Below, one piece after another: positions 55,563 to 64,000 of a stretch of DNA of 64,000 bases. The stretch is from Eledone cirrhosa. Its lineage: Eukaryota. Positions within the stretch are counted from its first letter, which is position 1. The number at the start of each line of letters is the position of its first letter. Location: the NCBI GenBank assembly GCA_964016885.1, contig OZ024753.1:39618001-39682000 (forward strand), read 5' to 3'. Both the position numbers and the translations under genes were made by a program. The notes beneath the pieces are model-generated. The model worked only from the letters and a program-made list of their open reading frames with translations, had not been told where the DNA came from and did not search any database.

Positions 55563-56610
55563 ATCATCATCATCATCACCGTTTTACGTCCGTTTATCCA
55601 CGCTAGCATGGGTTAGACGAGTTGTCCTGTTGTGGGCAGTGTCTGGTCGGCTGACCATGCCTTGCTCATACAGGACTGATTTGGCTTGATTTCTACAGCT
55701 GGATGCCCTTCCTAACACCAACCTCATTTACAGTGAGTGCTGGGTGCTTTTTCGTGGCGCCTACACGTTCACTTTTCAGTGTGGGCTGGGTGCTTTTTTG
55801 CCGTGGCACCTCCACGACCACCTTGCAGTGGGAGGGTGTGGGGGTATATTGTCTATATGCTTCAGTTTGTACCCATGGGAGGTCGGGTACTCTGTATTAC
55901 TGCGTGACGCCAGAGGTCACGGTCGTGTGTCATCGCCTTTGAGAGGTGTAATTGGGTAAGGTCGGCTTTTATCACCTCATCCCAGGTCATCTTGGGTCTC
56001 CCCACTCCGTGGTTTCCATCGACTTCTAGTGCTCTGCACCTTTTTATGCAGCTGTCATCCTTCATACGCATCACATGTCCATCCCAACGCATCCGCCTCT
56101 CCTGCACACAGCATTTGATTCCTCTTATGCTCAGTCTCTCTCTCAATTCATTTATGCTTTGTCGTTCGCGTATTACACATCCATCGGAGCATGCAGGCTT
56201 CGTTTCTCTCTAATCTACGTAAGTCTTCCACCTTCAGCGCCCAGGTCTCACTACCATTTAACATTGCTGTTAGGATACACGCATCATACAGTCTGCCTTT
56301 CATTTTGAGAGAGAAGCCTTTTGCAGCTAGCAGTGGTAGTAGTTCCCTGAACTTCTTCCATCCCGTTCTTACCCTAGTTATTGTACTTTCTGAACACCCA
56401 CCTCCGCTGCTAATTCAGTCACCTAGGTAGCAGAAGCTATCTACTGTTTCTACAGGGCCCTCCCAGAGATTGGTGGTACTTGTTTCCTGTGGCTGCTTGT
56501 TGCTTGCTGTCCCAATACAGCTGCTGCATCTGAAGCCTACATTCTTAATTAAGCTTCCTGAGATCCCGCTACATCTCTTGTGTACTCATTGTTTGCATTT
56601 GGGGCAAATT
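55563..56610 (-). mobile_element. 5'-truncated RTE LINE with in-frame stops and SINE-like 3' UTR
   Basis: Translates CPKCKQ*VHKRC...CSSC...VDSFCYLGD*...RMRWDGHVMRM...GVGRPKMTWDEVIKADL...DRDLWRHAV and ends in (GAT)n. Confidence 0.9.
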
Positions 56611-56854
56611 TGATATATTTATTGATATATTATTGATATATTATTTATTTTGAGGTGATATTATTTATTGGCGGTGGATTGGCAATATCGGTAGAGGGTC
56701 GGACGCTTTGCAGCATAGAGTTACGGCCCTTGCCATTCTGAGTTCAAATCCCGCCGAGGTTAACTTTGCCTTTCATCCTTACGGGGTCGATAAAATAAAG
56801 TACCAGTAATACACTGGGATAATTGCTGGCCTTGTGCCAAAAGAAGAAACTTAT

Positions 56855-57432
56855 TTTTTTTTGAGACCAATACCTTAATGTTGGTATAAGTTTGAACAGA
56901 AAGAGTGAAAGGGTGGTATAAGTGGCCGGTTTGAACAGAAAGAGTGAAAGGGTGGTATAAGTGGCCGGTTTGAACAGAAAGAGTGAAAGGGTGGTATAAG
57001 TGGCCGGTTTGAACAGAAAGAGTGAAAGGGTGGTATAAGTGGCCGGTTTGAACAGAAAGAGTGAAAGGGTGGTATAAGTGGCCGGTTTGAACAGAAAGAG
57101 TGAAAGGGTGGTATAAGTGGCCGGTTTGAACAGAAAGAGTGAAAGGGTGGTGTAAGTGGCCGGTTTGAACAGAAAGAGTGAAAGGGTGGTATAAGTGGCC
57201 GGTTTGAACAGAAAGAGTGAAAGGGTGGTATAAGTGGCCGGTTTGAACAGAAAGAGTGAAAGGGTGGTATAAGTGGCCGGTTTGAACAGAAAGAGTGAAA
57301 GGGTGGTATAAGTGGCCGGTTTGAACAGAAAGAGTGAAAGGGTGGTGTAAGTGGCCGGTTATGTCTGGTTTGAACAGAAGGAGGTGAAAGAATTCTGGCC
57401 AGATATGGCCGGTTTAAATGCTACAAGGTTAA
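56855..57432. repeat. 39-bp tandem array (about 12 copies) inside a TTAA MITE remnant
   Basis: Unit GGGTGGTATAAGTGGCCGGTTTGAACAGAAAGAGTGAAA. The flanks match the MITE (CAATACCTTAA... and ...GGCCGGTTTAAATGCTACAAGGTTAA). Confidence 0.92.
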
Positions 57433-57700
57433 AGAAGTATAAATCACATTTTTTTTTTGTTTTCCATGTAATTTATTTACAATTCAAATGTTTATAGTAT
57501 CTTTTTTTTTTTATGTTGTGAAAGTTTACAGTATTAGACCTTAATTTCTCATGTGTTACAGCCATAGTTAAAAAAAAATAAAATAAAATAATGAAATTAT
57601 TGTGTACAGTGCTCAGGTGCACTACAACTCATCAAAGGTGCATGTATAGTACATAGAATAATGTACAAATGTCAGGAAAATGAACAGTGTATGAGTCATG

Positions 57701-57736
<36 letters not shown>

Positions 57737-57942
57737 AATATTGTGTACAGTGCCCAGGTGCACCACAACTCATCAAAAATTTTATCTTCAATGTACTTTT
57801 CTAGTGGACAGATTGTTGGGAAAGTTTAGTCTTAGACTAAAGAATTCAATTTTCATTGTGATGAAATCATAGTGCTGTTATTGTTGTGATCTGTCTTACT
57901 ATTTCTCTCTATGTATCTATCTTTCTCTTTCTTTCCTTGTAG

Positions 57943-58053
57943 TCACTGGCCCTTGAACAGAAGAAACAGTACAATTTACTGAAAAAACGTATTGAAAGAG
58001 AAAAGAAGCTGAAAATTATTGAAGAAAAAATGCAACAACAGAAGAATCTTGTG
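57943..58053 (+). CDS. UTP11: UTP11 penultimate coding exon (111 nt, phase 0-0)
   Basis: Pyrimidine tract plus TTGTAG acceptor and GTG|GTAATT donor. Translates SLALEQKKQYNLLKKRIEREKKLKIIEEKMQQQKNLV (UTP11 KQY..L..RIEREKKL motif), in frame with the 1584-1714 exon. Confidence 0.94.
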
Positions 58054-58117
58054 GTAATTCTATTTCTTTTTCTTTCATTTGAACCTGATAGAAGACTGCA
58101 TTACCCACACACACACG

Positions 58118-58186
<69 letters not shown>

Positions 58187-59033
58187 ACACACACGCGTGT
58201 TAGTAGTCTCCTTAGTTGAAGCAGGAAGATTAAGTTGAAATATACTGGGTAAAACATTACATTGTTTTGTTTTATTTATCATCCTTTGCCCTTTATATAT
58301 TTCTATTTCCTCCTCCTCATTGTCCTTCTTCTTCTTCTTCATTGGAGGGCCCTGAAGGCAGAGTATTCGAACACTCCTTCCAGAAGCAAAGGTCTCCAGT
58401 GGATCCCAGTTGGATCCTCAAGCGAGACCAGACGAGCTCATGGAAATTATCTAACCATCTTTACATTAATCTATGACAAATTTTTCACAATAAATTTTTC
58501 ACAATAATTTTTCACAATAATTCGTCCACAAGTAAAGATACTACAACCCCCTTTTTCCCCCCTTTTCTAGATATTATATTCCACATTCTTACAGGATATT
58601 AAAAATTAAAAACACACAGGTTTGTGACGTAGAACTGAAGGCTGATTTCTGGCAGTTTGGTATCAAAACGGTTAACCCTCATTATTTACTGCTGCTAATA
58701 CACTGGGTAATTGCTGGCCTTGTGCCTAACGTAGAAACAATTATTTACTGCTGCTACTAGTACTGTTGTTATTGCTGCTGTAGTTGTTGTTGTTGTCATC
58801 AAATGTCCAGCTGTTTCCACTACACAGAACTATATCTCAATACACAATTACATCACAATCAAGATCATTGCCTCTACATTTGTTTTCATTTTTTATATTC
58901 CGGCCACCATTTTAGCTTATATATATATATATATATATATATGTCTGTGTGTGTGTATATATATATTTGTATATTTATATATGTCTATATATATGTATCT
59001 GTGTGTGTGTATATTTGTATATTTATATATGTC

Positions 59034-59092
<59 letters not shown>

Positions 59093-59328
59093 ATATATAT
59101 ATTTATGTATCTGTGCGTGTGTATATTTGTATATTTATATATGTCTATATATATATATATATATGTGTGTGTCTGTGTGTGTGTGTATATTTGTATATTT
59201 ATATACGTCTATAAATACATATATATATATATGTATCTGTGCGTGTATATTTGTATATTTACATATGTCTAGATATATATATGTGTGTGTGTGTGTGTAT
59301 TTGTATATTTATATATGTCTATATATAC

Positions 59329-59370
<42 letters not shown>

Positions 59371-59526
59371 GTGTGTGTGTATATTTGTATATTTATATAT
59401 GTCTATATATATATGTATAATTGCATATCTCTCTCTCGCTCTATATATATATATATGTGTGTGCGTATACCATATGTATATATCTAAGTATATTCATATT
59501 GGTATATATGCATGTATATATATATG

Positions 59527-59591
<65 letters not shown>

Positions 59592-59636
59592 ATATATATC
59601 TAAGTATATTTATATTGGTATATGGGTGTATATATA

Positions 59637-59683
<47 letters not shown>

Positions 59684-59685
59684 GT

Positions 59686-59719
<34 letters not shown>

Positions 59720-60022
59720 TTGCAAATTTATTTTTTCCCTATATTTATATTTCTATCTCCATTTGTTGTGATTATTTATTTTGTTATTTTGTTATTTTAT
59801 TTTAACTCAGTATGTTTCATATTTCTTTTCTCTCCCTTCTGTCAGCCCCACCTCCTCATTACACTACCCCCAAACCACACCCAGCCCCATTTATTGACAA
59901 CTTTTCAATTAATATTCAGCGGTGAAGGTGTAGTGGTGAGGTGAAATAGGGGAGGGATAAAGGGACTGTTTGATAAAAAAGCATTTGATATTTACTTTAG
60001 GGGTGCTTTGCTCACCCCTGTC

Positions 60023-60058
<36 letters not shown>

Positions 60059-60166
60059 ATATATATAGATGATGATGATGATGATGATATATATATATGA
60101 TGTGTCTGCTTGTTTATTTATCTTTCTACTTGTTTCTTTTTTCATTATTATTATTATTTACCTTTG

Positions 60167-60207
<41 letters not shown>

Positions 60208-60337
60208 CATACATATGTATATAATGTGTTGTTTTCATTCTGCTAATCCAATATTTCATTGTATATAAACATTATTAATTTCCTTCGGGGTGGCGAAATG
60301 TTTTTTTTTTTTCCTTTCTCTTCTTTACATGTGTATT

Positions 60338-60384
<47 letters not shown>

Positions 60385-60496
60385 ATATATGTTGGAATCC
60401 ATGTTTATATCTACATATGTGTTTGTGTGTTTGTATATATGTGCATGTGTGTTAATATATATAAGTGCATGTGTGTTAATATATGTGTCTATATAA

Positions 60497-60572
<76 letters not shown>

Positions 60573-60739
60573 GTGTGTGTGTATATTTGTTTATTCAACA
60601 TCAAAATCTTTTTATGTAACAGCATTTCTGAAGTAATGGTACCTTTAATAGCTTTTATCCTGCCCTTGAGTAAAAAAAAATAATAATAAAGGAAAAACAA
60701 AAACAAAACAAAGGTGCAATAATAACAACAACAATAGTA

Positions 60740-60770
<31 letters not shown>

Positions 60771-61470
60771 AACTAATAATAGTAAAAATAATAATTTATT
60801 GCTTATTCCCATGTTTAGTTAAGAATGTCTAGTTTGTTTATATAACTAAGCACAAAAATAAATATAAAGGGAGGAATATAAAAGAAAAAATATATATATA
60901 AAAAAAACCCTCAGATCAAACCAAAAATTGTAAACGTTGCACCACAGAGTCAAACACACTCCTCTTCCACCATCTACACCCCTTGCTACTGTTGTAATAT
61001 ATTAACGACATTTGCTTGCGTATTTCTTCTGGCTTGTGTGAACCCTTTTGTTTTATTTCACACCTAAACTGTGAAACTTTGCTCCCAGTTAACTGTTAAC
61101 TGCATCTTTATGTAATTTATGTAGATGAGGCTTCATTGGCTTCTTTTGTATACAAAAATATACAAGTCCTTCTCTTCCCATCGTCCTCATCCATCCCTTT
61201 GTTTTTATCTGTTTACTTTTGTGGTTTTTGTTGTTGATATTGTTGGTGGTAGTGATGGTCTTGTTGTTGGTGTTCTTTTCCACAATACATCACTCTCAGC
61301 TAATGTGGCAAATGAACATAGTATGCAAATATTTTTATACTTACTTACATGTGGTGACGGTGGTCTATGTTTTTCTTGTTTCTCTGCTAATGTTCCTCAA
61401 ACTAAACTACCCCCCAACTCCCACCCATCGACCAATATGTATTCCTTTGCAAACAGAGGGGAATACTATG

Positions 61471-61540
<70 letters not shown>

Positions 61541-62963
61541 TATACATATATAAAACTATATATATATATATATATATATATAGTTTTACGTATGTATGTG
61601 TACATATACACGTAGATGATATATGGGTGTGTGTGTATATGTGTAATTTGTTGGGGTATATTTGAAGTCAATCATTTCTGTCAAAATGCTGAGGTATTCA
61701 AATCACAGCAAAGATTAACCCCTTACACCTTAGAAAAGAAGAAAAAGAAGTGGAAACTCTGGTTAGAGAAATTAATCAGAACTCACAAATTTGAATATCG
61801 TTTGATATCCATTACTTTACAGAAAGCAACCAGATCTTTTTCTCTCTCTGTCGGGCTATTTGTTCATTTTCACACACACATACACTTATACATATGTGTA
61901 TATATACAGTATATGTGTATATATATATATGTGCGTGCATGTATATATGTACATATTCTCTTTCTGTATCTCTCTCAAACACCCCTTTGTTCTTTATAGG
62001 TTTAGTAATATATTTCTATTGTGATACATGTTTCTGTAGAATTGCTTGACATACCTGTTAGAAACAGCAGCTAAATATCCCTCAAATCTCTCCCTGCCTT
62101 CATAAAAATAGGAAACAGTAAAGCTGGGTATTGGATGATCCCACATGGTGCAGTGTTGATACTTTTTATGACTGCAGACTATTATTTTTCTTTTCTTTTC
62201 TAAGTCAGGTGTCTTGCTTCTTTCAAATTTTAATATTTAATGGTAAGAAGGGGGTAGATTGTCAGTAACTGATAGAGCATCAGACAATATGCTCTGTGGT
62301 ATATAGTTACAGCCCCTTTACATTCTGAGTTCAAATCCCACTAAGGTTAGCTTGGCCTTTCATCCCTCCGGGATTAGATAAAATAAAGTACCAGTAACAC
62401 ACTGGCTCGATTTAATCGACTTTCCCCTTCCATAATAATTGTCGCCCTTGTGCCTAAATCAGGTAAGAAATCTAATGAATATTTCATTAAATTATTGATT
62501 AATTAATTATTAACTATGTAATTGAGACCAGAACTGACCTACAAGTATCTAATATGGCTAACTGAACACACACAAGTACTTTCTCTTTCTTCTTTTATTC
62601 CTCATTCTATGTTCTAATGAAAGTCTGACATCTAAAACGTTAATACACTATCTCTGATATATCAGGGTTAAACTGTTTGCTGAAGAATCTCAACCATTTG
62701 TAACATAGTTTCTACAGTTGAATGCCCTTCTTATCATTAAACACTTTATAGTGTGAACTGAGTGCATTTTATCATACCACCAATACAACAGAAATTCTCT
62801 GCCAGGATTTAAGGGTCTTCTCCTTGTATCAGTTTTTATTCTCCTAGATGGGTTGCCTTCGCGAGGGCTTACTGAGACCACATCTACACTGTGCTATCTT
62901 GTTTATTCAGAGACGTAATCAGTAGAAAATACCTGTATCTCATTTCTTTCTTTTTTCTTGTAG

Positions 62964-63050
62964 AATAAGAAGGAAAAACGGACCAAAGTTGCCAAAGAAA
63001 AACCAAACAGAGCAGCACAGTATAAGTGGAAAGCAGGACGGAAAAGATAA
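62964..63050 (+). CDS. UTP11: UTP11 terminal coding exon
   Basis: TTTTTTCTTGTAG acceptor. Translates NKKEKRTKVAKEKPNRAAQYKWKAGRKR*, the characteristic UTP11 C-terminus (YK[WF]...RKR). Confidence 0.94.
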   Translation, partial: NKKEKRTKVAKEKPNRAAQYKWKAGRKR

Positions 63051-63106
63051 AGCTACTCTACAACTTATGGAACATAGACAGAAATTATCAACTTTTCTTA
63101 GAACAT

Positions 63107-63129
63107 AATAAAACATTTTCTTAAATAAA
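63107..63129 (+). promoter_or_regulatory. Candidate UTP11 polyadenylation signals
   Basis: AATAAA at 63107-63112 and 63124-63129, about 60-80 nt after the stop codon and followed by T-rich sequence. Confidence 0.5.
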
Positions 63130-63187
63130 ATTATCTTTTCCTGTTATTCATTATTTCCTTCTTTTATTATCTGTGTATATTTCATAG

Positions 63188-63470
63188 TGCAGGCACGTGG
63201 CCTAGTGGTAAGGGTGTTGGACTTATGATCATAATGGCATGGGTTCAATTCCTGGACTGGGTTGTGTGTTCTGCTCTTGAGCAAAATATTTCATTTTATG
63301 TTGCTCCAGTATACTCAGCTGAAAATGAGTACCAGCAATAGCTGGGGGTTTAACCCTGCGATGGACTGACATCCTGTCCAGAGGGGTGTCTTGTATTCTC
63401 AGTCGCTTCATACCATGAAACAGAGATAAGCACTGACTTAATGAGCCTTCTGGCTTAAGACAGACTTTAG
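63188..63470 (+). mobile_element. tRNA-derived SINE (older family B relative with a different 3' half)
   Basis: TGGCCTAGTGG A box, GGTTCAATTCC B box, TTGAGCAA...ACTCAGCTG domain and CCTGCGATGGACTG...TCCAG domain. Confidence 0.75.
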
Positions 63471-63539
63471 TTTATCTCATTTTGTTATAATATTTCTAAT
63501 GAAAAACTCTACCTATGATTTTCTAATAACACAAGGACT

Positions 63540-63780
63540 TGTGAGTAACCCTACTCTCACCTGTGCAGTTATTTCTGGCACCACACCTGAATAGTGGAGT
63601 TTCCATCCTTCATCCAAATCCACAGTACCAGAACCACAGAACTTTGTTGAGAAAACCCTGACTATATCTAACCGGTAACATCTGGCGTCCTCTACTAGAT
63701 TCTGCTCCTTACCTGTAAGGGTTGTAACGTTCCAGTTGCTAATTGTTAAGTCGTGCTCCCTTATGGACCTTCTGAGCAAA
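63540..63780 (-). mobile_element. RTE-type AP-endonuclease N-terminal fragment
   Basis: Translates LTISNWNVTTLTGKE...YRLDIV...GWKLHYSG...VGLL (WNV motif of LINE APE domain). Confidence 0.8.
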
Positions 63781-64000
63781 GAAAAATACACCATATATAT
63801 CCCTGCCTGTCTTAAAAGGCAGCTAAAGGCATTAACATAAGAGCATACAGATATTATAAAAAAAATATGTACTGGGATCAGTATGATCCCTTTTTAAGAC
63901 ACTGCTCCAGTATGGCCTCGGTTACCTGGCAGAAATATTAAATGTGCAAAAGAATTAATATAAATGCTTTCTAATTTAGGCACAAGGCCTGCTATTAGAA

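Overview
AT-rich animal genomic DNA saturated with (TA)n/(CA)n/(CT)n and trinucleotide microsatellites. The SINE, LINE and MITE complement looks like a coleoid cephalopod, most likely Octopus (inference from repeat style). The only recognisable protein-coding gene is the 3' part of UTP11 (U3 snoRNP/SSU processome protein) on the + strand: three exons at 1584-1714, 57943-58053 and 62964-63050, separated by a 56.2-kb and a 4.9-kb intron. None of these exons appears in the ORF track, whose entries are mostly microsatellite artefacts or retroelement remnants. The introns hold tRNA-derived SINEs, RTE and CR1-like LINE fragments, TTAA and TA MITEs, and tandem arrays grown out of transposon pieces. 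The most notable feature is a set of short fold-back elements inserted in (TA)n tracts. Several carry complete minimal type-I hammerhead ribozyme motifs (Penelope-like pLTR style), usually as sense/antisense pairs, and others fold back inside a hammerhead-like half-motif.
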